Source of the DNA: an uncultured Chloroflexia bacterium
GTDB lineage: Bacteria; Chloroflexota; Limnocylindria; Limnocylindrales; CSP1-4
Length of the DNA: 64,000 bases
Reading direction: 5' to 3'
Assembly (NCBI GenBank): GCA_963720965.1
Contig: CAVRHD010000008.1
Coordinates: 27,843-91,842, forward strand
Shown piece by piece: positions 1 to 8,630 of this stretch. The position numbers were made by a program, and so were the translations under genes. Positions within the stretch are counted from its first letter, which is position 1. Each line of letters begins with the position of its first letter. Below the pieces are notes generated by a model. The model did not search any database. It saw only the letters and a program-made list of their open reading frames with translations, and was not told where the DNA came from.

Positions 1-198
1 GCCGACCGGGTCAGCCGGGCCGGCGAGCCCTGGATCGCATCATTCGACCCCGACGCCTTGTCCCGGGGCCTCATCGAAGCCGGCGCGAGGGACGTCCTCG
101 ACCTTGACGGGACGGCCATCAACGCGCGCTACTTTGCCGGCCGGCGGGACGGGCTGCGGGTGGGCTCGGTCGCCCGGATCATGCTCGCGGCGACCTGA
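1..198 (+). CDS. 3' end of a SAM-dependent methyltransferase-like gene (partial; begins upstream of the window)
   Basis: Open frame from base 1 to TGA at 196-198. The translation ...GEPWIASFDPDALSRGLIEAGARDVLDLDGTAINARYFAGRRDGLRVGSVARIMLAAT resembles the C-terminus of class I SAM-dependent O-methyltransferases. Only 65 aa are visible. Confidence 0.4.
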   Translation, partial: ADRVSRAGEPWIASFDPDALSRGLIEAGARDVLDLDGTAINARYFAGRRDGLRVGSVARIMLAAT

Positions 199-963
199 TC
201 AGGCGTTGGCCCCGTCCGGGACAGCCGGTCCGGCGCTCGGTCCCGCATGGCGCTCCCGCCAGACCTGGTCGAGCACGGCTGCAAAGGTCTCGGTGGCCTG
301 GGCGCCACTGACGCCATAGGCACGATCGAGGACGTAGAACGGGACGCCGCTGATCCCGATCTCGGCGGCCAGCCGCTCGTCCGCCCGGACCCGGTCTGTG
401 TAGGTCGTGGCCCCGACGACCGCGGCCGATTCCGCTGGATCGAGGCCAGCCTCCGTGCCGATCTCGGCCAGCGCTTCCGCGTCGAAGATCGAGCGGCCCT
501 CGGCAAAGTTGGCCCGGAAGAGGCGGTCGACCAGGACGTCGCCCAGGCCGCGATCGATGCCGAGCTGGACCAGCCGGTGAGCGTCGAGGGTATTGCCATG
601 GAGGCGATCGACCCGGTAGCCGAGGCCGAGCTCAGCGGCCATTTCGACCAGTCGTTGCTCCCCCACCCGGATTGCCTCGGTCCGGCCGCCGTACTTCGAG
701 GCAAGCATCTCGGCCACGGTGGTCGTGCTGCCGGCCGGGGCGTCCGGGTCGAGCTCGAACGATCGGTAAGTCACGTCGACCGAGTCGCGTTGGGCAAACT
801 GGCCGAGTGCCAGCCCGAAGCGTGCCCGCCCGACGTAGCACCAGGGGCAGACCAGGTCGCTCCAGATCTCGACATGGAGCCGGTCCGCGACCGGCTCGGT
901 GGCGGCATCGCCTGACATGGTGCTCACGCCGTCCATCGTACGGGCAGTTGGTTGATCGTGCAA
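199..963 (-). CDS. DsbA/FrnE-family thiol-disulfide oxidoreductase
   Basis: Thioredoxin-fold active site in HVEIWSDLVCPWCYVGRARF (CPWC). The DsbA-like C-terminal part is ISGVPFYVLDRAYGVSGAQ. The true start may be an internal Met (MSGDAATEP). Confidence 0.8.
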   Translation of the reverse strand: MHDQPTARTMDGVSTMSGDAATEPVADRLHVEIWSDLVCPWCYVGRARFGLALGQFAQRDSVDVTYRSFELDPDAPAGSTTTVAEMLASKYGGRTEAIRVGEQRLVEMAAELGLGYRVDRLHGNTLDAHRLVQLGIDRGLGDVLVDRLFRANFAEGRSIFDAEALAEIGTEAGLDPAESAAVVGATTYTDRVRADERLAAEIGISGVPFYVLDRAYGVSGAQATETFAAVLDQVWRERHAGPSAGPAVPDGANA

Positions 964-1005
964 CTACCTCGTGCCGCGACCTCGGCGTCGGAGCAAGGCG
1001 ACGGT

Positions 1006-1081
1006 TGGCGCGCCCGGCGGGACTCGAACCCACGACCTTTAGGTCCGCAACCTAACGCTCTATCCGCTGAGCTACGGGCGC
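1006..1081 (-). tRNA. tRNA-Arg, anticodon GCG as read (CCA encoded)
   Basis: The reverse complement folds as a cloverleaf. Acceptor GCGCCCG/CGGGCGC, D arm GCTC-AGCGGATA-GAGC, anticodon stem TTAGG/CCTAA with loop TTGCGGA, T arm GTGGG-TTCGAGT-CCCGC, 3' GCCA. Confidence 0.85.
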
Positions 1082-1091
1082 AATGCGGGAG

Positions 1092-1183
1092 TGGCGGAGA
1101 GGGAGGGATTCGAACCCTCGAAGCAGGTTACCCCACTTGGCGGTTTAGCAAACCGCTGCACTAGGCCTCTATGCGACCTCTCC
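1092..1183 (-). tRNA. tRNA-Ser (anticodon GCT), long variable arm, CCA encoded
   Basis: The reverse complement reads GGAGAGG...GCGGT-TTGCTAA-ACCGC...GAGGG-TTCGAAT-CCCTC-CCTCTCC-G-CCA. The roughly 20-nt variable arm is typical of class II Ser tRNA. Confidence 0.9.
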
Positions 1184-1319
1184 GCGGAACCGCGGGCGCC
1201 AGAATAGCACGGGCCCCGGGTCGCTCCGGGAGCCACTACCCGGGCTGATATCCGCCAGAACGTCGGCCTCGGCCGAGGCGGTCCACACCAGGCACGACCG
1301 CCGACAGCCACCCCGCTCG

Positions 1320-1349
1320 TTGACAGCGGCGCGGGCGCTCGACTACCGT
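1320..1349 (+). promoter_or_regulatory. candidate sigma-70/SigA-type promoter for the aro leader
   Basis: TTGACA (1320-1325), an 18-nt spacer, then TACCGT (1344-1349, TAnnnT pattern). It sits about 12 nt upstream of the mini-ORF ATG. Confidence 0.35.
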
Positions 1350-1361
1350 TCGGGGACGCAC

Positions 1362-1400
1362 ATGCACACCTTCTTTTTCGCCTACCAACGCCCGGCATGA
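1362..1400 (+). CDS. candidate leader peptide MHTFFFAYQRPA (aromatic-codon run)
   Basis: ATG CAC ACC TTC TTT TTC GCC TAC CAA CGC CCG GCA TGA. It has three consecutive Phe codons plus a Tyr codon. It lies between a promoter-like element and an intrinsic terminator, upstream of DAHP synthase. Confidence 0.5.
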   Translation: MHTFFFAYQRPA

Positions 1401-1448
1401 CCGAACCCGGAGATTAGGGACCCGGGAGCACGGGTCGTGCCGGGATGA

Positions 1449-1474
1449 GCAGAGGTCAGACCTCTGCTTTTTTT
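1449..1474 (+). terminator. intrinsic terminator / attenuator hairpin upstream of the aro operon
   Basis: gcagagg-tcaga-cctctgc followed by seven T (1468-1474). No + strand gene ends nearby, so it is best explained as a leader terminator. Confidence 0.65.
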
Positions 1475-1546
1475 GTTGGCCGGGCGGGGCCAGGACGACA
1501 GACAGCAAGCTACTCCGACTCCGACGCGAAAGGACGCGCAGCACCG

Positions 1547-2617
1547 ATGTTCGTGGTGATGAGGCCCACGGCCACTCCGGCCGAGGCGAATGCGGTCAAG
1601 AGCCTGATCCTGGCCGAAGGGCTCACGCCGTACGACCATGTCGGCATCGAACGCTCCGTGATCGCCGTGGTCGGCGAGATCGGCACCCGCAAGCCGGTCC
1701 TGATGAGCCGCCTCGAGGCCCTCAGCGGGGTCGAGACCGTGACCCCGATCAGCCGGCCGTTCAAGCTCACCTCGCGCGAGTTCCACCCCGAGGACAGCGT
1801 GATCCAGGTCCTCGATGCGGTGATCGGCGACGGCAGCCTGACGGTCATGGCCGGGCCCTGCTCGATCGAGAGCCGCGACCAGCTGCGCGAGACGGTCGAC
1901 GGCGTCGCGGCGGCCGGCGCGACGATCATCCGGGGCGGCGCGTTCAAGCCACGGACCAGCCCCTACTCGTTCCAGGGCCTTGGCGTCGAAGGCCTGCGCT
2001 ACCTGGCCGAGGAGCGCGACCGGACGGGCCTGCCCGTGATCACCGAGGTCATGGAGCCGAACCAGGTCGACATCGTGGCCGAGTACGCCGACATCCTCCA
2101 GGTCGGGACCCGGAACATGCAGAACTACTCGCTCCTGACCGCGGTCGGCAGGGTCAGCCGGCCAGTCATGCTCAAGCGCGGCTATGGAGCCACGATCGAG
2201 GAATGGCTCATGGCGGCCGAGTACATCGTCAGCTCGGGCAATCCCGAGGTGATCCTGTGCGAGCGCGGCATCCGGACGTTCGAGACATACACCCGGAACA
2301 CGCTCGACCTGGCCGCCGTGCCCCTTCTCCACCACCTGACCCACCTGCCCGTGATCGTCGATCCGTCGCACGCCACCGGCAAGCGCTGGTTGATCAAGCC
2401 GATGTCGCTGGCCGGCGTTGCAGCCGGCGCCGACGGGATCATGGTCGAGGTCCACCCCCGCCCGGACGAGGCCCTGTCCGACGGCGAGCAGTCGATCACG
2501 ATCGCCCAGTTCGCCGACATGATGACCGGGCTGCGAGCCGTCCACGCCCAGGTCGGCGACCTGCACGGCGACCCGGTCCTGCCCGGTGCCGTGCTCAAGG
2601 TGGGCGGCAAGTCGTGA
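1547..2617 (+). CDS. aroF: 3-deoxy-7-phosphoheptulonate (DAHP) synthase, type I-beta with N-terminal ferredoxin-like regulatory domain
   Basis: [20 protein letters not shown]... then [57 protein letters not shown]. The layout is collinear with Thermotoga-type DAHPS. The start is moved from track position 1445 to ATG 1547 so that the terminator hairpin is excluded. Confidence 0.93.
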   Translation: MFVVMRPTATPAEANAVKSLILAEGLTPYDHVGIERSVIAVVGEIGTRKPVLMSRLEALSGVETVTPISRPFKLTSREFHPEDSVIQVLDAVIGDGSLTVMAGPCSIESRDQLRETVDGVAAAGATIIRGGAFKPRTSPYSFQGLGVEGLRYLAEERDRTGLPVITEVMEPNQVDIVAEYADILQVGTRNMQNYSLLTAVGRVSRPVMLKRGYGATIEEWLMAAEYIVSSGNPEVILCERGIRTFETYTRNTLDLAAVPLLHHLTHLPVIVDPSHATGKRWLIKPMSLAGVAAGADGIMVEVHPRPDEALSDGEQSITIAQFADMMTGLRAVHAQVGDLHGDPVLPGAVLKVGGKS

Positions 2618-3990
2618 CGATCGAGGCTCGCCCGAACCTGGCCGGTGGGGCCACCGCCGACGTCGCCGGGGTGCGTCCGGCGGCGCGCCTGCGGGGCACG
2701 CCCAGCCTGCCCGGTGACAAGTCGATCAGCCACCGCGCCCTGCTCCTGGCCGCCCTGGCCAGGGGCGAGTCGCTGATCACCGGCGCCGGCGACGGAGCCG
2801 ACGTCCAGACCACGGCCCGGCTCATCGAGCAGTTGGGAGCGGTCGTCGAGCGTGGCCGCCACGACGGGTTACGGGTCGACTACCGGGTCGTCTCGCCGGG
2901 GATCGACGGGCTCCACGAAGCCGACCAGGTTCTCGACTGCGGCAACTCCGGGACGTCGACCCGGCTGCTGGCGGGGATCCTCGCGGGACTGCCCGGCTAC
3001 CACGTCCTCGATGGCGACAATTCGTTGCGCCGTCGTCCCCTCGCTCGTATCATCGAGCCACTGCGCGAGATGGGCGCCGAAGTCCATGCGCGGCGAGGCA
3101 ACTCGCTCTTGCCGATGACCGTGGTCGGTCACACTCCCCTCAGGGCGATCGAGGTCCGGACGGCCGTGCCGAGCGCCCAGGTGAAGTCGGCGATCCTGCT
3201 GGCCGGGTTGCGGGCCGGGGGTCGGACGACGGTTCGGGAGTCGGTGGCGACGCGTGACCACACGGAGCGGATGCTCCGAGCGCGGGGGATCGCAGTGGTC
3301 AGCGAGACAGGCGGGAATGGCGAAGTGGCGATCAGTCTGGAGGGCGGGATTCCCGTGCAGGCAGTCAGCGAGATCGTGCCCGCCGATCCGTCGGCGGCCG
3401 CCTTCTGGCTCGTGGCCGGCGCGATCCACCCGGACGCCGAGCTGCACCTGCCGGCGGTCGGCGTGAACCCAACTCGCCGCGCCGTGATCGACATCCTGGC
3501 CCGAATGGGCGCCCGGATCGAAGAGCATCCGAGCGCAGGCACGGGCACCGGCGACTCGCAGGGCGAGCCGCTGGCCGACCTGGTTGTCCACTCGAGCGAG
3601 CTGCGGGCAACCGACGTCTCGCCAGTTGAGGTCGCCCGGTCGATCGACGAGATCCCGATCCTGTGCCTGGCCGCCAGCCAGGCCCACGGAACGACCACAA
3701 TTCGCGGTGCGGGCGAGCTGCGGGCCAAAGAGTCCGATCGGATCGAGGGGATCATGACCGGCCTGAATGCCCTGGGCGCCCGGATCACCGTCGATGGCGA
3801 CGAGATTTCGATCAGCGGTCCGACGCCACTCGTCGGCGCCGCCACCGACAGCCGTTCCGATCACCGCCTGGCGATGACCTTCGCGATTGCCGGCCTTGTC
3901 GCCGGCGGCGCCACGACGATCAGCGATCCGGGCTGTGCGTCGATCTCCTATCCCGGGTTCTTCGCGGTACTCGAAGGGGTGCGAGCATGA
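2614..3990 (+). CDS. aroA: 3-phosphoshikimate 1-carboxyvinyltransferase (EPSP synthase)
   Basis: [73 protein letters not shown]. The GTG start at 2614 overlaps the aroF stop (GTGA). Confidence 0.93.
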   Translation: MTIEARPNLAGGATADVAGVRPAARLRGTPSLPGDKSISHRALLLAALARGESLITGAGDGADVQTTARLIEQLGAVVERGRHDGLRVDYRVVSPGIDGLHEADQVLDCGNSGTSTRLLAGILAGLPGYHVLDGDNSLRRRPLARIIEPLREMGAEVHARRGNSLLPMTVVGHTPLRAIEVRTAVPSAQVKSAILLAGLRAGGRTTVRESVATRDHTERMLRARGIAVVSETGGNGEVAISLEGGIPVQAVSEIVPADPSAAAFWLVAGAIHPDAELHLPAVGVNPTRRAVIDILARMGARIEEHPSAGTGTGDSQGEPLADLVVHSSELRATDVSPVEVARSIDEIPILCLAASQAHGTTTIRGAGELRAKESDRIEGIMTGLNALGARITVDGDEISISGPTPLVGAATDSRSDHRLAMTFAIAGLVAGGATTISDPGCASISYPGFFAVLEGVRA

Positions 3991-4871
3991 CGAAGCGCGT
4001 CGTCCTCATCGGCCATCCGGTCAGCCACTCGCTGTCCGGTGCGATGCAACAGGCGGCCTTCGATTCGCTCGGAATCGATGCCTCCTACGAGATGTGGGAT
4101 CGGGCCCCGATCGCCCTGGCCGACGCCGTTGCCGAGCTTCGCTCGGACGACTTCCTCGGAGCCAACGTCACGATCCCCCACAAGGAACGGGTCGTGCCCA
4201 TGGTCGACCGGCTGACCGAGGATGCCCACGCAACGGGGGCCGTCAATACGATCACCAGCGAGGGCCGCCGCCTGGTCGGCCATAACACCGACGTGCCCGG
4301 ATTCAAGCAGGCGATCGACAAGCTCGTGGGCCGCCAGAAGATGCCCCGCCAGGCGGTAGTGTTCGGAGCCGGCGGTGGCAGCCGGGCCGTGATCCACGGC
4401 CTGATCACCGCCGGTTTCCTGCGGATCGTCGTCTTCAACCGGCACCTCCACCGGGCCGAGGCGCTCGTCCGCTTCTTCGGCAAGAGCGCGGCCCACATGG
4501 AGCTTCGGGCGATGCCCTGGCACGAGTCGATCATCGAGGCCGAGCTGGCCAAGACCCGGGTCCTGGTCAACGCCACCTCGATCGGTCTGCACGGCGACGA
4601 GTCGCCCATCCCGGCCGAGATCATCCCGCCCGAGCTCCTCGTGCTCGACCTGATCTACCGTCGTACGCGCCTCCTGCGCGACGCTGCCGCGAACGGCGCG
4701 ACCGTGGCCGACGGGGCGACGATGCTGCTCCACCAGGGCGCCGCCGCGTTCAGCCTGTGGACGGGCCAGCCGGCGCCGCTCGACGTGATGGAAGCCGCCC
4801 TGACGGCGGCTCGAGCGGACGGCATCGAATCGGCCGAGGGCGAGCCGACCGGCGCCGCTGCCCAGGCGTAG
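3987..4871 (+). CDS. aroE: shikimate 5-dehydrogenase
   Basis: VVLIGHPVSHSLSGAMQQAAFDSLGID, NVTIPHKE, GAVNTI, GHNTD, VFGAGGGSRAV. ATGA overlap with the aroA stop. Confidence 0.92.
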   Translation: MTKRVVLIGHPVSHSLSGAMQQAAFDSLGIDASYEMWDRAPIALADAVAELRSDDFLGANVTIPHKERVVPMVDRLTEDAHATGAVNTITSEGRRLVGHNTDVPGFKQAIDKLVGRQKMPRQAVVFGAGGGSRAVIHGLITAGFLRIVVFNRHLHRAEALVRFFGKSAAHMELRAMPWHESIIEAELAKTRVLVNATSIGLHGDESPIPAEIIPPELLVLDLIYRRTRLLRDAAANGATVADGATMLLHQGAAAFSLWTGQPAPLDVMEAALTAARADGIESAEGEPTGAAAQA

Positions 4872-6173
4872 ATGGGCCGGCTTCGCTTCCTGACCGCGGG
4901 TGAGTCACATGGACCGGCCCTGGGCGTCACGATCGAGGGTGTGCCGGCCGGCCTCGAGCTGACCGCCGACGGGATCGCGGTCGACCTTGCCCGCCGGCAG
5001 CGCGGCTATGGCCGGGGTGCCCGTCAGGCGATCGAGCAGGATCGGGCCGAGATCCTGGCGGGGGTTCGCCATGGCCGGACGCTCGGGTCGCCGATTCTGC
5101 TGCTGGTCCGCAATCGCGACTGGGACAACTGGACCCGGGTGATGCAGGTCGAGCCGCTCAGCGAAGCCGACGCGGACGAGCTGGCCGGGCAGGCCGCCGA
5201 CGGCAACAAGAGAGCGTTGCCGGTGACCCGGGTGCGGCCCGGCCACGCCGACCTGGCCGGTGCCCTGAAGTACGGCTTCAACGACGTCCGCGACGTCCTC
5301 GAGCGAGCCTCGGCCCGCGAGACAGCCGCCCGGGTGGCCGCCGGCGGTGTCGCCCGCGCCTTCCTGGCCGAGCTCGGCATCGAGGTCTGGTCGTTCACCG
5401 CCGAGGTCGGCGGCGTCGCCCTCGACCCGGCCAACGCCAGCCGCTCGCAGGCGGAGGCCGATGCTTCGCCGCTGCGCTGCCCCGACCCGGCGGCCGAGGA
5501 CCGGATGATCGCCCGGATCGATGAGGCGCGGGCGCAGGGCGATACCGTGGGTGGCGTGTTCGAGGTCGTGGCCCATGGGTTACCGATCGGGCTTGGCAGC
5601 TACGTCCACTGGGACCGCCGCCTCGACGCAGCCCTGGCCGCCGCGGTCATGAGCATCAATATCGTCAAGGGCGTCGAGTTCGGCCTGGGCTTCGAGCAGA
5701 CCCGGCGGTTCGGATCGGCGGTCCACGACGTGATCGAGGGTCGCGCCGACGGTGGGCGCTGGATCCATCGTTCCAACAATGCGGGCGGCCTGACCGGCGG
5801 TGTCACGAATGGCGAGCCGCTCGTCGTGCGCGGCGCAGTCAAGCCGATCTCGACCTTGGCCAAGCCGCTGCCGTCGGCGGACCTGATCACCGGCGAAGCG
5901 GTCGACAAGGCGCACTACGAGCGGAGCGACATCAGCGTGGTCCCGGCCGCAGGCGTCGTGGCCGAGGCGATGGTCATGCTGACCCTGGCCGACTTCGTGC
6001 TCGACAAGTTCGGGGGTGATTCGCTCGACGATACCCGGGCGGCCTTCACCGCCTACCGGGCCCGGCTCGCCCGATTGCCCGAAGCGCCGGTTGCCGGCGG
6101 AGCGAAGCGGGCGGGACGCGGCCGATCGGAGCCTGCCGATGGCGGCGAGGCCGGCTCCGGCGGCGACGACTAG
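4872..6173 (+). CDS. aroC: chorismate synthase (about 45-aa Ala/Gly/Arg-rich C-terminal tail)
   Basis: [71 protein letters not shown]. It starts immediately after the aroE TAG. Confidence 0.94.
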   Translation: MGRLRFLTAGESHGPALGVTIEGVPAGLELTADGIAVDLARRQRGYGRGARQAIEQDRAEILAGVRHGRTLGSPILLLVRNRDWDNWTRVMQVEPLSEADADELAGQAADGNKRALPVTRVRPGHADLAGALKYGFNDVRDVLERASARETAARVAAGGVARAFLAELGIEVWSFTAEVGGVALDPANASRSQAEADASPLRCPDPAAEDRMIARIDEARAQGDTVGGVFEVVAHGLPIGLGSYVHWDRRLDAALAAAVMSINIVKGVEFGLGFEQTRRFGSAVHDVIEGRADGGRWIHRSNNAGGLTGGVTNGEPLVVRGAVKPISTLAKPLPSADLITGEAVDKAHYERSDISVVPAAGVVAEAMVMLTLADFVLDKFGGDSLDDTRAAFTAYRARLARLPEAPVAGGAKRAGRGRSEPADGGEAGSGGDD

Positions 6174-6181
6174 GCCCGCCG

Positions 6182-7891
6182 ATGGACCTCGTCCTGGTCG
6201 GCCTTCCAGGCAGCGGCAAGACGGCTGTCGGGCGACGGATGGCGGCTCGCCACGACGCCCGCTTCATCGATCTCGACGCCACGATCGAGGCATCGGCCGG
6301 GCAGACGATCGCCGAGCTGTTCGAGTCGGAGGGCGAGGCGCGATTTCGCGAGCGCGAGCGCCGAGCCGTCGCCGATCTGGGCCGGCCAGACGCGGCACCG
6401 GAGCTGCGCCGGGTGATCGCCACCGGCGGCGGCGCGGTGGTCGATCCGGCCAATCGCTGGGCGCTCTATCGCAACCGGCGGGTGGCCTGGTTGAGCAATC
6501 CTCCCGAAGTCCTCGCCCAGCGCCTGCGCAACTCGCCCAATCCCCGGCCGCTGCTCCAGGGTCGTGACCCGGTCGGGGCAATCCGCGACCTGGCCGGCCG
6601 ACGTGAGCGGTTCTATGCCCCGGCCTTCCGGATCAACGGCCTGTCCCAGATGGGCAATGTCCTCGACCGCCTCGACGCGTACGTCGCCGAACCGGCTCGG
6701 GAGGGCACCACCCTGCTGGCCGCCGACTCCGCGCTGGGCCGGATCCGAATCGGGGCGGGGTTCGCGCTGCGGGTCCTGCTCGAGACCCTTGCCGAGCTCG
6801 GCGCGACCAGGGCCATCCTGGTCTCGGAACCAGGAGCCTGGACGGCCGTCGGCGAGCGCCTCGCCGCGGGTGTCCTGGCGGCCGGCATCCCGGTCGAACA
6901 CATCCTCCTCCCGTCCGGCGAGGCCGCCAAGCGACTGGGTGTGATCGAGACGGCGGCCGGCGAGCTGGCTCGCCGGCGGGTCGAGCGGACCGAGCCGCTC
7001 ATCGCGATCGGCGGCGGGGCGCTCGGCGACGCCGCCGGCTTCCTGGCTGCCACCTGGTTGCGCGGCGTGCCCCTGGTCCACATGCCGACGACGCTCGTCG
7101 CCCAGCTCGACAGCTCGATCGGCGGCAAGACAGCCGTGGACCTGCCGGAAGGCAAGAACCTTGTCGGGGCGTTCCACCAGCCCGTTGCCGTCCTGATCGA
7201 TGTCGACCTGGTGGCAGGCCTGCCCGAGCGGCATCGCCGCGCAGCGCTGGCCGAAGCGGTCAAGATGGCCGCCCTGGGCGACGATGCCCTGTTCGAGCTG
7301 CTCGAGCGGGACGGGCCGGGGATCATCCAGGCCAGCCCGGCCGTGCTCGCCCATGGCGCCCTGGCCGAGCTCGTCGAGCGCTGTGCCTGGGCCAAGGTCG
7401 AGGTCGTCCTCGCCGACGAGCGCGAGTCCGGCGGGCAGCCCGCGCCGGGCAGCGCTGCCGGCGCAGGCCCGATCGAGGCGGGACGGCTGGCCCTGAACCT
7501 CGGCCACTCGCTCGGCCACGGCTTCGAAGCCGCCGCCGGCTACGGTCCCCTGCTCCACGGCGAGGCCGTTGCCTACGGTCTCCGGGCGGCCTGCCGGATC
7601 GGTCGGGCGGTCGGCGTCACGCCAGCCGAGCGGGCAGCCCGGATCGAAGGCTTGCTGACCAGCCTCGGGCTTGCGCCGACCGGTGGTTTGGCCGGCCTGG
7701 GCCTGGAGCGGGCAGCCGTATTGCGGGCCGTGGCCGGCGACAAGAAGCATGTCGGTGGCCGGTTGCGCTGGGTGCTGCCGACGGCCGGATCGGTCGAAGT
7801 TCGGGCGGACGTCCCGGACGACCTGGTTGAACGCATCGTCGATGAGCTCCTGGCACCTGCCGCCAGCGCCGCCGGGATCTCCGGCCGATGA
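6182..7891 (+). CDS. aroKB: bifunctional shikimate kinase / 3-dehydroquinate synthase (AroK-AroB fusion)
   Basis: N-terminal P-loop kinase: LVGLPGSGKTAVGRRMA, ELFESEGEARFRERE, IATGGGAV. C-terminal DHQ synthase: IAIGGGALGDAAGFLAATWLRGVPLVHMPTTLVAQLDSSIGGKTAVD, KNLVGAFHQP, GHSLGH, LHGEAVAYG. It is one uninterrupted 569-codon frame. Confidence 0.9.
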   Translation: MDLVLVGLPGSGKTAVGRRMAARHDARFIDLDATIEASAGQTIAELFESEGEARFRERERRAVADLGRPDAAPELRRVIATGGGAVVDPANRWALYRNRRVAWLSNPPEVLAQRLRNSPNPRPLLQGRDPVGAIRDLAGRRERFYAPAFRINGLSQMGNVLDRLDAYVAEPAREGTTLLAADSALGRIRIGAGFALRVLLETLAELGATRAILVSEPGAWTAVGERLAAGVLAAGIPVEHILLPSGEAAKRLGVIETAAGELARRRVERTEPLIAIGGGALGDAAGFLAATWLRGVPLVHMPTTLVAQLDSSIGGKTAVDLPEGKNLVGAFHQPVAVLIDVDLVAGLPERHRRAALAEAVKMAALGDDALFELLERDGPGIIQASPAVLAHGALAELVERCAWAKVEVVLADERESGGQPAPGSAAGAGPIEAGRLALNLGHSLGHGFEAAAGYGPLLHGEAVAYGLRAACRIGRAVGVTPAERAARIEGLLTSLGLAPTGGLAGLGLERAAVLRAVAGDKKHVGGRLRWVLPTAGSVEVRADVPDDLVERIVDELLAPAASAAGISGR

Positions 7892-8334
7892 TCCGCGTGC
7901 TGGTCCTCCAGGGGCCCAACCTGGACCTGCTCGGATCGCGCGAGCCGGCGATCTACGGTCGGGCAACGCTGGCCGAGATCCATGCCGGGATCGCGGCGCG
8001 GGCCACCGAGCTGGGGCTGGCCGTGGACTTCTTCCAATCGAATCACGAGGGTGCCTTGATCGACCGGCTGCATCAGCGCGATTTCGAAGCGGCGATCGTC
8101 AACGCCGGCGGCCTGACCCACACCAGCGTCAGCCTGCGCGACGCGTTGCTCGGGGTCGAGCGACCGTTCATCGAGGTCCACCTGTCGGATCCGGCCAGCC
8201 GTGAGCCGTTCCGGCAGGTCAACTTCCTGTCCGACGTGGCCCTCGAGTCGATCGTCGGGAAGGGCGCCGCGGGCTACGCGCTGGCCCTCGAGTCGATCGC
8301 CCGGCGGGCGGCCGATGGGACGCTGGGCCGATGA
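7888..8334 (+). CDS. aroQ: type II 3-dehydroquinate dehydratase
   Basis: MIRVLVLQGPNLDLLGSREPAIYG, FFQSNHEGALID, IVNAGGLTHTSVSLRDA, IEVHLSD. ATGA overlap with aroKB. Confidence 0.94.
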   Translation: MIRVLVLQGPNLDLLGSREPAIYGRATLAEIHAGIAARATELGLAVDFFQSNHEGALIDRLHQRDFEAAIVNAGGLTHTSVSLRDALLGVERPFIEVHLSDPASREPFRQVNFLSDVALESIVGKGAAGYALALESIARRAADGTLGR

Positions 8335-8630
8335 GCAAGCCCGTCGACGAGACGCCCGAGCTGCGCCGGCTGCGCCATCGGATCGACGCGCTCGACCGGC
8401 GCATCGTGAACCTCCTCAACGAGCGGGCCGGTCTGGGACGGGAGGTCGGCCGGGTCAAGCAGGCAGCCGGCCGACGGTCGGTGCGCGACCTGGAACGCGA
8501 GCGTGAGGTGCTCCTGCGAGTTGCCCTGGCCAACCAGGGCCCGATCGCCCAGGCCGACCTGCTGGCGGTCTACCGCCGCCTGATCGCGGCGACTCGGGCG
8601 CTGGAGCAACGCGACCGCACGACCGACTAG
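8331..8630 (+). CDS. chorismate mutase (AroQ class, monofunctional)
   Basis: 99 aa. LRRLRHRIDALDRRIVNLLNERAGLGREVGRVK...RDLEREREVL is the CM_2 helical pattern. ATGA overlap with aroQ. Confidence 0.85.
   Translation: MSKPVDETPELRRLRHRIDALDRRIVNLLNERAGLGREVGRVKQAAGRRSVRDLEREREVLLRVALANQGPIAQADLLAVYRRLIAATRALEQRDRTTD

Noticed and set aside
1445-1546. Upstream ATG (1445) offered by the ORF track as the DAHP synthase start.
   Set aside because: It would translate through the terminator hairpin and T7 run ([12 protein letters not shown]...). The family-typical N-terminus MFVVMRP begins at ATG 1547.
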